Assembly (NCBI GenBank): GCA_043228905.1
Contig: JBHGNT010000016.1
Span: forward strand, 1,736,001-1,800,000
Source: Azolla caroliniana
Lineage: Eukaryota > Plantae > Polypodiophyta
Length of the DNA stretch: 64,000 bases
Direction of reading: 5' to 3'
This document shows positions 36,978 through 51,100 of the stretch, piece by piece; position 1 is the first letter of the stretch; each line of letters begins with the position of its first letter. Below the pieces are notes generated by a model. That model worked only from the letters and a program-made list of their open reading frames with translations. It made no database searches and was not told the DNA's origin. The position numbers and the translations under genes are program-made.

Positions 36978-37300
36978 TGTTGTTATGCTACTATTGCCTA
37001 TGTCATATGTCATGGCAAAATTTTATGTCGGTGTCATGTTCCTCATGTTCCTTTTTCGTTCTTTCTTTCTTTCTTTGTTATTAGAAATTAGGTCACCCTA
37101 GCGGTAAGTTGTTATGCTACTACTGCCTATGTCATGTTTTCTTCGTATTCTCGAATATACGTTTTATGAGTTTTTGATCGTTTCTTTTTTGCTTTCTTTG
37201 TTATTAGAAATTAGGTCACCCTAGTGGTAAGTTGTTATGCTACTACTGCCTATGTCATGTTTTTTTCATATTCTCAAATATACGTTTTATGAGTTTTTGA
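36978..37300. repeat. ~122-bp tandem repeat (2-3 partial copies)
   Basis: GTTGTTATGCTACTAYTGCCTATGTCAT occurs three times and TTTCTTTGTTATTAGAAATTAGGTCACCCTAG twice. Confidence 0.8.
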
Positions 37301-37529
37301 ACGTTTGATTATAATTTATAATGACATATTTTGATTCAATCTATATAGTTCATACTCATGTTTTTTTGTAAAGTTCTAAAGTGAGGATGATAGAGACGTC
37401 TTGATTCGCATCCCAAAAGTATACATATGATACAATGTAAATATTGCAACCATACTTATGTTGGTGATTCACAATGGATTAGAGTCCACTTATTGGGATT
37501 GAGAGTGAATCAATATATAATATAGACCT

Positions 37530-37632
37530 TAGTCAATCCAATCCAACTTTGAGATTATTTACCATACACGTTTGATTGAATCATTCTCGAATGTAAATGC
37601 ACGTATGATACGTATGGTTCATTCTATGGATC
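37530..37632. repeat. Dispersed repeat fragment (probable MITE), second copy at about 40885-41002
   Basis: Both loci share CCAATCCAACTTT...AATGCACGTATGATACGTATGGTTCATTCTATGGA. Confidence 0.6.
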
Positions 37633-38509
37633 ATGTATGTATGTATGCATAGATTGACCCATGCGTGATATTCGTGGTATTCTCAATACTCAATATTCAT
37701 AATATTCGAGAATACACCCTCTGCGTGTCTCTCTCTCTCTCTCTTTAAACCCTAATCCCCAAAGAGAAGGAAGTGACATGTGTATGGAGTATACATACAT
37801 ATAAGCATGTATGTATAGATATACTCCATCCATACATGCATATAAGCATGTATGTATATCTGTAAATTGTAATAATGTATGTATGTGTCTTCTTCTTCTG
37901 CTTCTTGTGTGTTTGTGTATAACATATAAGCATATATGTATGTATGTTGTTGTTGTGTGTGTGTGAAGTCAGGTTCCTAGGATAACTTCTTTGCTTCTTC
38001 CTCCCTATAGATAATTAAGAAAGGATCATTGGGGAGGGGGCCCTATTTCATGTGTTCTATTAAAAAAAAACCTTGCGTCATCTTGGCCGCCTGCCCACCC
38101 ATCATGTCCTTTTGGGGGTTGTTTGTTCTGTCGCGATCGATATTCGCACCCCTACATATCATTGCAACCCCCAACAATTGCAATACATGGATCCTACACA
38201 CACGATGCCTATATTATCTTTGGCAATAATAGTAAGTGGCGGCGATATAAGACCTAGAGGTGAGAGGGGTGAGGTTGCTTCATGTGTGGACAATGGAACC
38301 CATACATGAGCCTTTGCTCCCAACTGTTCTCCTCATAGACTAACTATTGGTATGGCATAGGATATTGATCCTCCCCATAAAGTAAAAGAGTTCAATGGAG
38401 AAGTTATTAGATCTCTTTTAATGTCATATGGATTCTCATGTGCATGCATGTATATATGTATATGAATGGGATTTCTAGGTTTCTAAAACTTGAGCTTAGG
38501 TTAATCTCC

Positions 38510-38832
38510 AAAAACAAGGTTTGGGTTTCTCAATGGCTTAATCATTAAAGTTGTTCCTTGACCTCTAGATTTAATTGCACACAACCTTGAGAAACCATTT
38601 CACAATCATGGAAACCCAAGAAGAAAAACAAGGTTTGGGTTTCTCAATGGCGTAATCATTAAAGTTGCTCCATGACTCAAGATTTAACTGCACACAACCT
38701 TGAGAAATCATTTCACAATCATGGAAACCCAATAAGAAAAACAAGGTTTGGGTTTCTCAATGGCTTAATCATTAAAGTTGCTCAATGACTCTGGATTTAA
38801 CTGCACACAACCTCGAGAAACCATTTCACAAT
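38510..38832. repeat. ~115-bp tandem repeat, three copies
   Basis: AAAAACAAGGTTTGGGTTTCTCAATGGC.TAATCATTAAAGTTG...TGCACACAACCT.GAGAAA.CATTTCACAAT occurs three times. Confidence 0.92.
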
Positions 38833-40139
38833 ATGAGTGGCTTAGATTTGTGTGAGTGACGCATTCTAGCCATATGTGGATGTCGATATGTATTATGTTT
38901 GCTAGATGTCAATACTTTGTCTACTTATTTTCACATGGCATTGTCTAAACCCCTTACAAAAAATTTGGCTATTAAATGTTTTAGAATATATACTCAATTA
39001 TGTGTGGCATCCCATGTGGGGACTCGAAATGTTTTTATCATTTTAAGAATGAGCTTGTTCAATTCCAAAAAGGAACTAATCCGATTTATTTAATTTTGTC
39101 TTATTTCATTGGTTTACTCAAGTGTCGTAATATTTGTGTGTGTGATTAAATTTTTATTTTGTTTCTTAAGTGGAAGTGTTTTAAGCATTCAAGGCTATTT
39201 ATTTAATGAAAATGGATGTGTGAGCGACATGAAAAAACAGTAGCAAAAGGCATGAATGTGAACAAACTCAATGGTATCGGGCTTTGTGATTAGAGAAAAT
39301 GACATTTTCTTCTTACATGGATTGCAAAGCAAAGCAAAAGAAAAGAAAAATGATGATTATAATGCATGACAATTATCTTTAGGGTCATAGTTGGAGGAGA
39401 ATGTCTATGATTCAAGAGGTGGATAAATAGGAGTTTTGATGTTGTTGGATTGCCCATCAATGTCTTGTGTGTTCCTTTAAAGATGGCACACTTACTTTGT
39501 GGTCATTTCCAAAATGCCACATGTATTTGCCGAAAAAAATATGGGCGTTCACGAAGATAATGATATGATTAGGAGCTCACATTGTTGGACATGGACGATC
39601 ATAATTATATGTACAATAGATGTCTATGGACAAGGATAGATGGTTGTGGTTATGCATGGTTTTTTCATGCATGCATCATTAACATAGCATGGATGTGTCA
39701 TGTATTAGTCATACATCATGCATGTGTCATGGATGGGCTACGAGACAAGATAAAATTTTGAACTTTTAAGAGCTCCCCAATCTTGGTCAAAAGCTTACCT
39801 TCATGCATGAAAGGCCTCATGAATAAGGAATCTCGCCTACAAGAGTCTCCCCTAAAGGCAATTTCCCACAATATTGAATACCCCAATATGAGGGGGTTTT
39901 AACCTTTCCCCTTTGTGAGCTCTTAAACTTTCCATATCACACACCTAGAGCTATAAAGTATGGATGTATAAGGCATAGCCTTACTCTATGTATAAATGAA
40001 TTCGTCATTAATCGAAACATATTAGATTATATTTTTTCATCAACCCTTTTGCTAAGCTTATGACTCGTGCTTCTTTATAGATGTCTCTATACTAGGAATA
40101 ATGGTATAAAGTCATTCATGTAAAGTGTAGTACTAACAT

Positions 40140-40660
40140 ATTGGTAAACGATTAGAACGTAAAGCTCCGCCACATTGTGCAAGATGTGGTGGGCGATTGG
40201 AAATGGTTTCACACTTATTATGGAATTGCTCATTCACTACAACATTTGTACAAAGACTAAGTGCATCTCTTTATCACAAATTTCTTGGCCAAAGGTTTGG
40301 TAAACACTTTTGGCTATTTGGACAAATTCCGTGCGCCCTATCCAACCATGCCTATTTTCTCCAATGGACACGATTTTGGGCACTATGGACCATTTGGATG
40401 GCTCGCAATAATAAAGTCTTTGATCGAAACCAACTCCATGAAGTTAGCTTTTTTAAGCAATCCCTTAGGCAATCTCTATTTGATTGTCTGCAACTTAGAG
40501 ACATCATAGTGCAAATTTACAATCTTTACTTTGAGTGCTTTAAAGCTTTTTAGTGTCTAATCGACACTTGTACATTTTTCTTTATTCTTTGTGGGTTTTC
40601 ACCTAACTTTGAGGTTTCCCAATAGTAATAAAAGTGTTACTAAAATAATAATAATAACTA
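40140..40660 (+). mobile_element. 5'-truncated L1-type LINE (zf-RVT 3' end)
   Basis: CARCGGRLEMVSHLLWNC zinc knuckle and WALWTIWMARNNKVF, followed by AATAAA and an (AAT)n tail near 40627-40657. Confidence 0.8.
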
Positions 40661-42303
40661 CAATGACTTTGCGTGATTAGAAGTTGTAAAATATACTCAT
40701 TCTCAATTGTAATTGATTTCTTAGGTTAAATCATTGTTATAATCATAGAACGTAATATTCGTGTTCGTGGAGGCATTCAAACATTTGAAAACGTACACGT
40801 TTGAAAGGGGAAAAATACGTGCTCCTTTTTTTTTTCTTCTTTTCATTTGTTTTCATTGCAAATTTAGCCCATAATATAGACCATAGTTAATCCAATCAAA
40901 CGTGTCAAACCAATCCAACTTTTAGTTGATTTACCATTCACGTTTTATTGAATCAAACGCGAATGCGAATGCACGTATGATACGTATGGTTCATTCTATG
41001 GAACTTATAATTGTGAAAATGAAATTAAACATCGCATTTGCAAATTATCAATATTTTGGAAAATTATCCTTACCAAGTTACCAACATGATGGGTTACCTT
41101 TCATGTTCCCCCCCCCCCCCCCCCCCAAAAAAAATAGCTACTTTCCCATTAGTTAAGAGAGATTTTTATAGAAAGACTATACAAGAAAACGAGGAATCAC
41201 TCAATACTTTGGTCTTAAAGCATTCAATGAAAGGCTTGAAGGCAATGCATATAAATAATGCAACTATTCTATACTATAACCTATAGAAAGGTTAAAGATG
41301 ATATGTGATGTCATGACTCATGACCCTCTAGTCATGCTCCCTCTTACAAAATGGGAGCACATGTGGTGAAAGAAAAATATGAGAATACAAAGCAAAAGGA
41401 ATGAAAGTGATATAGTGTGTTTAAGGCTTGTCTTCCCAACCTTGGGGCATGCCAATACAACTTTAGGGATATTATGCATTTCTAGCCCTGTTTAGCACAA
41501 ATTTGGTGTTGTGTGTCCATCTTTATGCCTAGGGACATCTCAAGATAGTTCCACGATGCTTATCATGGGGACGTACCACCCCCCTAAGAGACCAATCATC
41601 ATTCTCAACAATGACTACCGTGCCCATCTTTGACTCCAAGTAACATGGAGCGGATGATGACCTCTCTAAGACACCAAAATTTGACAAAAAGTGTAATTCA
41701 TAGACTTGTTCTCTTGAATGTCTACAATACAATGAAATCTTTAGTCAAGTACCAAATAACTCTACAGTTCCACGTTACCATTCACCGCATTGATCATAGT
41801 TTAATTAGTGCAAGCATGTGTAAGAGGTTATAGGCAAGAGGAATGTAGAGCATAATTGTTTTGAGGTAGGACACTTTTCATAATCACTTAGTCATCTTGT
41901 TGATCTTCGTCCTATTCGCGATGTCTTTCCCAATAGGATGACAATGTGATTTTAACACTTTGCCTTGACCACTTCTAATCTACATACTTCTTGCTTATGA
42001 CCCCTTTGTGCATGTATGCACAAATTGGAGAAAGAATACCATAGACAAGTAGGAACAAGACAACATGAGTCCACAAATGAACACAAATTTTTTGATAAAA
42101 AATATACAATAGAAGCATATGTTTGCTATCTTACAAAAATATACATAGTTATAACTTATTCCTATATCGATCATTACATGTTATGTGGTTATCCACTCAC
42201 TTAGCTTCTTAATGATTTGTTCCTTGGGTCACCTAAATAAGGGTTTCTTTCTCGTACTAAATTGGTCTTAAATTCTAATTCTAGGCTAAGGTTTAAACCA
42301 TAG

Positions 42304-42762
42304 TGTAAAGAATCAGATATAATTCTTGTGTAGCGGAAGAGATGTGTGTTATGTGTATGTGTGAGAGGAATTAGAGAAGAGAATAGAAACACAAGATAGA
42401 TAAGCTAAAGAAATGAAATACTCAAGAATAAGATGTGTATATTCACAAGTAGAATGAGAAATACAAAATGTAGCATTACAAGGAGTCACAACCGACTAGT
42501 ATGAAGTATGAGGAGGGTGCTTTATATAGAGTCACCCTCTCTTTTCATTAACTTACAACAACCACTCTCTCTCTCTCTTGGGGAATGTGAAGACTCGTAG
42601 TCATGGGGAATATGTAACTCATTAGTTATGTGTCATAGAATATGATTCTATGACACATAGTTAATGTGTAGAGAGTAGTGGTGTGACTCTTGACCTTTGA
42701 GTAATCATAGATTCTCAAAAGTGTGTTCACACGTTGTGCTATGTTGAGCTTGATTCTCAACA
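42304..42762 (-). mobile_element. Solo LTR, same family as the LTR at 60856-61238
   Basis: The minus strand starts TGTTGAGAATCAAGCTCAAC and ends GATTCTTTACA, as does 60856-61238. Flanks CATAG / CATAC form a 5-bp TSD with one mismatch. Confidence 0.88.
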
Positions 42763-43599
42763 CATACAAATGATGTCATGGGTAATAAAATTTGTGATAC
42801 CATTCCCCTTCTTTGATGTTGGGTTCCATTAGTCATGTCGCACAAAGTGGGACATTAGTTATTAAGATATTGCTAATAAATGTTTGATACAAGAATTGGA
42901 GTATCAACAATATTCCTTAGAGGCTTGTAAGTGTGACCATGGAACTATATAGCCTTACCAATATGTGAGGTAGTATAATTTGTTATCCATGATCTTAGGG
43001 ACCAAAATCACTTACAACCTCTGTAAATCGCCGGTCAACAAGCTCAACTAGAGGTAGGGGGTTAGGGACACTTGATCTAGAATAGAACTTGAAATAAGCA
43101 TAAAACTTAATCAATCTAGAAGGCAATATAATCCATCATTTATGCTTTTGGAGTACAAAATAACTTTAACCTCACACTCTAGTCCATTAATGAACTCTGA
43201 CGAAATAAACCGAGTTTGAACCAAAAGCATGAGGCACCAACAATGACATACGAACACTATATGGAAATACACATGTGGCTCGAAATTTAGACAAAACACA
43301 ATGTAATCGATTTGGTTAAAGATCACAAGTGAACCAATAATTTGTTGATGTCACTTACCACATGGCTCAATAGTTTTCACATTGTATTGTAACAACCACA
43401 CATGATCCCTACCTTAAAACCTTGTCGTCATTTCACGAATATTTGAGATGATGATGATTTCGAGGTCAAATTGGGGTTTTATAAAATCTTCAACAATAAG
43501 ACTCTTGGAGACAAAAAAAATAGGGTGATGACATGGGTTTACAAGGAATGGAATTATTATAAACAAATTATACGAAATGTAAGACGTGAACCTAGTTGT

Positions 43600-43930
43600 C
43601 TTGTTGTTAGCTAATGAAACAACAAATACGCCACTCTAACATTTGATTGATACATTTGGTTTGTCAATCCTTCAGTGGATGATAACTTGAGGAGAGCTGA
43701 CAAAAAAATACGAATAACATGAATAAATGCTTTAAAAACTATGACATGAATCGTGGCCCATGATTGCTAATAATGTCATCTAGAAAACCATGTGATCTTG
43801 GAAACACCTTCACATAACCAAAAGTGACGTTTCCTTCTTATCGATGGTCTTAATGTAGGGAAGTGTACCATCTTTGTAAACCGATCCACCACTCTCCAAG
43901 TGACATCAAAACATTTTTGTATTTTTGTCA
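43600..43930 (-). mobile_element. Degenerate Ty3/Gypsy integrase fragment
   Basis: Minus-strand fragments VVDRFTKMVHF, GFLDDIISNHGPRF and SSSYHPLKD*QTKCIN correspond to the VDRFTK, IISDRGxxF and YHPQTDGQTERxN integrase motifs. Confidence 0.72.
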
Positions 43931-44804
43931 TGCATGCAAACGAGACAAGCACTATATACAATGCAATAGAATAGAAGATGAGGAACAAGACCAAGACCAA
44001 CGAGATACGTTTCTTATTTTTCTCCTTCACACTCTTTTCATTAAACAAGTCTTTATTTATAGGGGTTACTAATAACTTCGTAGGACAAGGTTTCTTAAAA
44101 GAACACATTATCTCTTAATTACTTTGTTATTCAAAAATACGTGTTTGTAATTTAGGACAACTACCTCTTTGATGGAGATTAACCAACTTGTACAAGTTCG
44201 TACATGCTCATATAATGTTACTTAGTATGTAGTATATAAACCTTTTCCTTTTAACTTTTCAAACCAAGTTTGAACCAATCGATAAGGCCTTCTCATATGT
44301 ATGTTCTCCGCATATCCATGGGCCAACTCCTACATAGTGGAGGTTGACTTACTAGTGTACACAAGTGAACAAGCAATTTATTGAAACCCTTTTCATGCTA
44401 TCCAATATATACACTTTACATGTGTGTTTCTGAAAGCAATTGATCACATATTCGATAATTGTCTCATTGCAAATCCATTCATGATGCACGACGAATACAT
44501 CAACGGTTAAGACTTTGAGATGGATCAACTGGCCAATCAATCAATGTACAGAAGTGAAGGAGGAGCGATCACAAGGGCCTCACAAAGCCAATCAATATAC
44601 ATGCACTATCAACAACTTTTCGAATCAGGTTTCTCAAATACAACAGAGTGTTGTGCTGCCTCGAATGAAATTCTTCATTATGAAAACCTCAGTGATGGTG
44701 AAGATAACCACCATGATAACGTAAGCATGCCAAGCTCTTCCTTTCTTGTGCGTGGTGTAAAGCTTGAATTAACACGGCCAATGCCCATGATGCATTGCAT
44801 ATAC

Positions 44805-45020
44805 TTGCGTGTATGTGTGTGTATGTATGTACATATGTACGTGTATATGCATGTATGTATGTATGTACTTATGTACGTATGGTATGTATTGTAGGTATCA
44901 TGTATGTATGTATGTATGTATGTATGTATGTATGGTATGTATTGTATGTATTGTATTGTATGTATGTATGGTATGTATTGTATGTATTGTATGTATGTAT
45001 GTATTTATGGGTGTATGTAG
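44805..45020. repeat. (TATG)n-type microsatellite upstream of ClpB
   Basis: Directly visible. Confidence 0.9.
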
Positions 45021-45197
45021 AGATAGATAACAACTCGGGTGATGAAGAATATATGAGAGCCACATGGGGGCACATTGAGACAGACAAATAGAGAAAAGAG
45101 TAGAATAGAACAGAATCGAATAGTGTAGAAACAGGGTAGAGCATATCAGAGCGTAAGTACTCCACAGAGTAGAGAGGTTTCCTCAAAAGCTTTAATC

Positions 45198-48100
45198 ATG
45201 GCTGTATTTGTTTCTCCTTCTCCTTCTCCTCCTCCGTTATGTCTCAGGATCAACTCAGAAAATACTCTGCCTCGAAGCTTTTTTCCAGGGCGTCTCTCCA
45301 TGTCGAATTGGAGCATTAGGAGAGATGTAAGCGTTTTCAAGAGGTCTATTGGGCTCACAAATGGTTCTTCCTCCAGAATCAGGCATGTTTTTACAGAGAA
45401 GAGGATTTCTCGGAAGAGTCTCATTTTCTGCCAAGCAGGAAAGGTAAGGCATTCTGCCTATATGTGTAAGCTTGATTAATGGTGATTATTTTTAACGGCT
45501 CTTCTTTGCATTTATATGTCTTCAAATTAGTACTAGTGGTTAATCCCTTAATTCTACTAAGGTAAAAGGTTTATGACTATAATTACACTTCGGTAATGAT
45601 TGGTTTTCATTCTTATTTTACTAAGTGAAGTTTTTCTGAATATGCATCATTATTGGCGTAATGGTAATTCTTCTTATTTATGTGTCTTTAGGAGCATCGG
45701 TAATTATTATCCCCTTAATTCTACTTGGGAGAGATTTTTTGCATGTGGACTAATAGAAGCTCCTTGTACTTATATTTCTTAGGATATATTGTTAATGATC
45801 GACAAAAAAATGTTCTTTGCATCATTAATCATTGTATACATATTTCTGTTGTCTTAAAAGCATTGGTAATGATGGTATACATACTTAATTAACCATAAGG
45901 TTTCTTGCATGTATGCTTGATTAGTCCTCCATCATTGAAATATTGCATGAGCGCAATCTACATGTGTGTATACATGAGGAAAGGTAAAGCTTATTAATTA
46001 CAGCATTGAGATTTGGAATTATGGTATTTCGTTATATTTATATCGCTTGAAAATTTTGAAATTGATTGTGTAAGACTTTTATTCAACCCTCAAAAGAGAT
46101 TTCTAATTTTATCGAGAGAATTATTTTCTGCATGTGAGCTTTGTATGTAATGCATTTGTATCTCTTAACAAAATGATTGAAAATGATGGCGTGTGTGACT
46201 GTATAATTTGCTTTGCAGATAGACCAAGCTGAATTTACAGAGATGGCTTGGCAAGCAGTGGTGGCATCCCCCGAAGTTGCCAAAGAAAGCAAACATCAGA
46301 TTGTGGAGACAGAACACTTGATGAAAGCTTTACTAGAACAGAGAAATGGATTAGCCCGGCGCATTTTTGCAAAGGCTAATATTGATAATACCGAGCTGCT
46401 TCAAGCTACAGAGAAATTCATACAAAGGCAACCAAAAGTAAGACTTGATTTTTAATGGTCTTACGCTTATTTTGAATTCGATCATGCCACTTGAGTGTGC
46501 TTATATGTCCAACTCATAAATTGTAGAGATTTAGAATTGACTTTGAACTATGGTATTATGCTGCTAGAGCTTACTTTTAAATCATATCAAGGCATCCATT
46601 CTGGAGGTTCACACTCAATTTTGTACAATCTTACGCCATTTGCTTTATGTATCACTGTTTCTTTGTGAGTATATCAACATCTTTGCGCTATTGATTAACT
46701 TATACTGACTCATTACGTCAAAAGGTTTAGATGAATATCACTCTTTTAACCCTTGATAGTTTTAGATGAATTATCACTCTTTTCTTGTCAGCATATTAAC
46801 ATGTTTGTGTTGTTAATTAACCTTTATATTGGTCCATTAGCATTAGAGGAATAGCTGAATATCATTCTTTTCTTGTGCATATATCAGCTTGTTTGTGTGT
46901 GGATGATTAAGCTTATACATGCCTATTATCTCTCGAGATTTGGCCGAATTGTCACACTTTTCTTGTGAGCATAATTAACGTTATGAGACTAAAGTGTGCT
47001 TAAAAGAAACAGGTAATAGGTGAAAACAGTGGGTCAATGCTAGGACGGGATTTGGAGGCCTTAATTGAAAGGGCCCGAGTCTTCAAGAAAGAATATGGAG
47101 ATTCCTTTTTATCGGTTGAACATTTAGTTCTTAGTTTTTCAAAAGACAAACGCTTCGGGCTACAGTTATTCAAGGATTTTCAAATCAGTCAGAAAGCTCT
47201 GTCGACGGCTATCCTTGCAATTCGAGGAACTCAAAAGGTTATAGATCAGGGTAAGGACACTATGTAATCCAGTGCTTTTTCTATGTAAATGTCAAAATTG
47301 AACACTATTTTTTGTATCACCAATTTATATAATGTAGATCCAGAGGGAAAGTATGAAGCTTTAGATAAGTATGGGAAAGACTTGACTGAAATGGCAAGGC
47401 AAGGAAAGCTAGATCCAGTTATTGGAAGAGATGATGAGATTCGGCGATGCATTCAGATCCTGTCGAGACGAACAAAGAATAATCCTGTCCTCATAGGAGA
47501 GCCTGGAGTCGGAAAGACTGCCATCTCTGAAGGGTGCATCTTTTAGAAAATTTTGTTCTGATTTGCTTTGTAGTTCCTTTCTTTTACACAATTGTTCTTT
47601 TTGTATTTTCAGGCTGGCTCAAAGAATCGTACAGGGGGATGTTCCACAAGCTTTAATGAATAGAAAAGTAAGGTTCATGATTTTACCGTATCTCTATTTG
47701 AATTTATGTACAGCAATAACTCAACTTCTTTTTTACTATTGACTCACCTTATATAGATTTATTAATGATGCCATGTTTGCCCAAAGTGTTTCCATTTTAT
47801 TCATGAAACTGTCTGACTGAACTACTGCTCAAAGCCATTTGCATCTATGGATTTTTTACTCTTTCCAACATCTTCAAGTGAATATTTGTGTGTAATGGAT
47901 GAAAATGCTGCTTTTGAAATGTTTTCCTATGTCCAATTTGAGTTGTCTTGCATATGCTCTCCCTTTCTTACTGTTTGAGCAGATGGACTGAAATCAGTTC
48001 TGATGAGGTTGGAGGATGCATGCATTCAGATATGACTTTCTTGTAGAACAGAATTTGTGATTATAGAGCTCTGGTGCCAAATTGTATGATGCTTAACGTA

Positions 48101-51100
48101 TTTTTCTACATTTCACAGATTTTTTAATTTGTTGACATCAACAGCAATTTTATACAATTTAATTTCTGCTTCTCATCTGCATTGCCACCCTCTCTGAAAT
48201 ATATATATATATATATCCTTTTGATATATGTATCCATCCTATTTTTTTTACTCTTTGCAGCATGATAATTTACTTCCTTGTTTGTATGTATCTATGCAAT
48301 CTTTCTTTTCTCGGTTGCAGCTAGTTTCATTGGATATGGGAGCCTTAATTGCTGGTGCAAAGTATCGTGGAGAATTTGAAGACAGGCTGAAATCAGTACT
48401 AAAAGAAGTTACAGATTCGGATAGTCAAATTATTCTTTTCATTGATGAGATACATACTGTAGTAGGGGCAGGTATTAATAAGAGGGCAAATTTTACATCT
48501 ATAATATCCAATTCAAGAGTAACCATTTAGGGTGTTTTTCTTAAGTTCAGGTGCAACGAGTGGGGCAATGGATGCTGGAAATTTACTAAAACCAATGCTC
48601 GGTCGAGGAGAATTGCGATGCATTGGAGCAACAACCCTTGATGAATATAGAAAATACATAGAGAAGGATCCAGCATTAGAAAGACGATTTCAACAGGTTT
48701 ATGTGGATCAACCAACGGTATCAGATACCGTTTCCATACTTAGAGGTCTTCGTGAACGGTATGAGTTACACCATGGAGTGCGAATATCAGATAGTGCGTT
48801 GGTTGAAGCAGCAGTCCTTTCAGATCGCTATATCAGTGATCGCTTCCTTCCTGATAAAGGTGTGCATGGCTTACATTATGAAGACAGTTAACTCTTTGTA
48901 CGATCGTTATTTTCAAAACAACCATTTCTATTACCCAGTGTTTGGAAAACTTACGATTTTTCTCAAAAAATATAAATGAACCCTTGATTTTTTCAAAGCA
49001 ACTACTTCTAATCATCAAGTATTGCAATTTACATTGTAGATACATCATAGATTCTTTTAACTTTCTATGAATTATGTCCAATATAAGTGGGGAGTGTAAC
49101 CTTCCCATTTTATGTAACCAGGCCCTCTAGGAAATTTATGTCTATAATCATCTGCCAAGTTTGTCTCGGGATTTTCTGAATCATGATATTGATATATGCT
49201 TTCATGCATGCACGTGTCATCATCAGTACATAGGTTGACAGGAGAACCAAGTAGACCTCCAGGAATCTAAGGGGTTTGAGGCTTATTGCACCTTTGGTTT
49301 CTAGTTCAGTAAACTATGCCTTGCAAGATACTTGAGCACATGCATGCCTTGATGTTCCTCATTTGTTGGTCTTATATTAGAGAGATAAAGCTTTTCAGTT
49401 TTCTTTGGTTATTCATCAGGCTTAACCTCCATGCTATTTTTATTGATAAATGGTTTACCTCCGTGGATCTAAATGTGAGCTGAGGCCATCTTTCAATTAT
49501 AGTCCCTGTGATATAACAGAGCTCTAAGAAATGTGACAATAATAATGTGACTATAAGAACTTCTGCAATTGGTGTAAAACATTTAGTTGTTCTCTTCGTG
49601 TGTTTTATGTGGTATAAAACCTGCAGAAACGAGTCCAGTTGGTTAATGTGTGGTCTTTTCCGTTCCTTACAGCCATTGATCTGGTTGATGAGGCAGCTGC
49701 GAAGTTGAAGATGGAAATAACTTCAAAGCCTACTGCCTTGGATGAAATTGATAGATCTGTGTTGAAGCTCGAGATGGAGCGACTCTCTCTCACGAATGAT
49801 ACAGATAAAGCTTCACGAGATAGGCTTAGTAAACTTGAATCGGAATTGGATCTCTTAAAGCGAAGACAGAAGGAGCTTGCGGATCAGTGGGAGCATGAGA
49901 AATCAGTCATGAGTAATATTCAGTCCATTAAGGAAGAGGTGCTTCAAATTTTCCAATTTAGAAAGAAAATTGTTTTAAAAAACAATATGAAGCAAAACAA
50001 TATAGCATTTTCTCATAAAAGTGTTAATAGATTTGAATCATGCAATCTTACTTCTCATGAGATTCCTTGTTTTCTGATTATTAGTATTATTATAATGAAG
50101 TTATTATTATTATTTATTTCGTAAATGGAGAATAGGTTGATCGGGTAAATATCGAGATTCAACAAGCTGAACGCGATTATGACTTGAATAGGGCAGCAGA
50201 GCTCAAATATGGAAGCCTAATGTCACTTCAAAAGCAATTGGATGAAGCTGAGAAACTACTTGTAGAATACCAGAAGACAGGCAAGACAATGTTGAGAGAA
50301 GAAGTGACGGGTAATGATATCTCAGAGATTGTTAGCAAATGGACGGGTATTCCGGTTTCAAAGCTTCTACAATCAGAGAGAGAGAAGCTTCTCTACTTGG
50401 ATGTAGAGCTACATAAGAGAGTGGTTGGACAAGATCCAGCAGTTAAGGCAGTTGCAGAAGCAATCCAACGGTCTAGAGCTGGACTTTCTGACCCAAATAA
50501 GCCGATTGCAAGCTTTATGTTTATGGGCCCCACAGGGGTAGGGAAGACGGAATTAGCAAAAGCTTTGGCTTCATACTTATTCAACACCGAAGATGCATTG
50601 GTGAGGATTGATATGAGCGAATATATGGAAAAGCATGCTGTCTCTCGCCTGATCGGTGCACCACCAGGTTACGTTGGCTACGACGAAGGAGGACAGCTCA
50701 CTGAAGCAGTCCGGCGAAGACCTTATGCAGTTATTCTCTTTGATGAAATTGAGAAGGCACATTCTGATGTGTTTAACATTCTCCTTCAGATCTTAGATGA
50801 TGGAAGAGTGACTGATTCTCAGGGGAGGACAGTAAACTTCAGTAATGCAGTTATTATTATGACTTCAAATATCGGGTCTCAATACATTCTGAACGTAGAA
50901 GGTAGCAATGGATCAGCAGAAAGCACTTATGAGGCTATCAAAAGCAGGGTGATGGATGTTGCTCGTTCAACATTCCGGCCCGAGTTCATGAACCGAATCG
51001 ATGAATATATTGTGTTTCAACCACTTAACCGTGATCAAATCAGCAAGATCGTCAAGCTTCAGGTAAAATTCTCTTTGGGATCATATGGCCTGGAATGATA

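Noticed and set aside
36724-37101. Poly-Met, poly-His and poly-Ser ORFs
   Set aside because: These are frames of a (CAT)n microsatellite.
41108-41134. Poly-C run followed by poly-A
   Set aside because: A simple homopolymer with no associated structure. The poly-Pro ORFs are artefacts.
41330-42240. Possible envelope-like ORF in a retroelement remnant
   Set aside because: All frames are riddled with stops and no fusion-protein motif is recognisable. Only a PPT-like GGGGGG run is visible.
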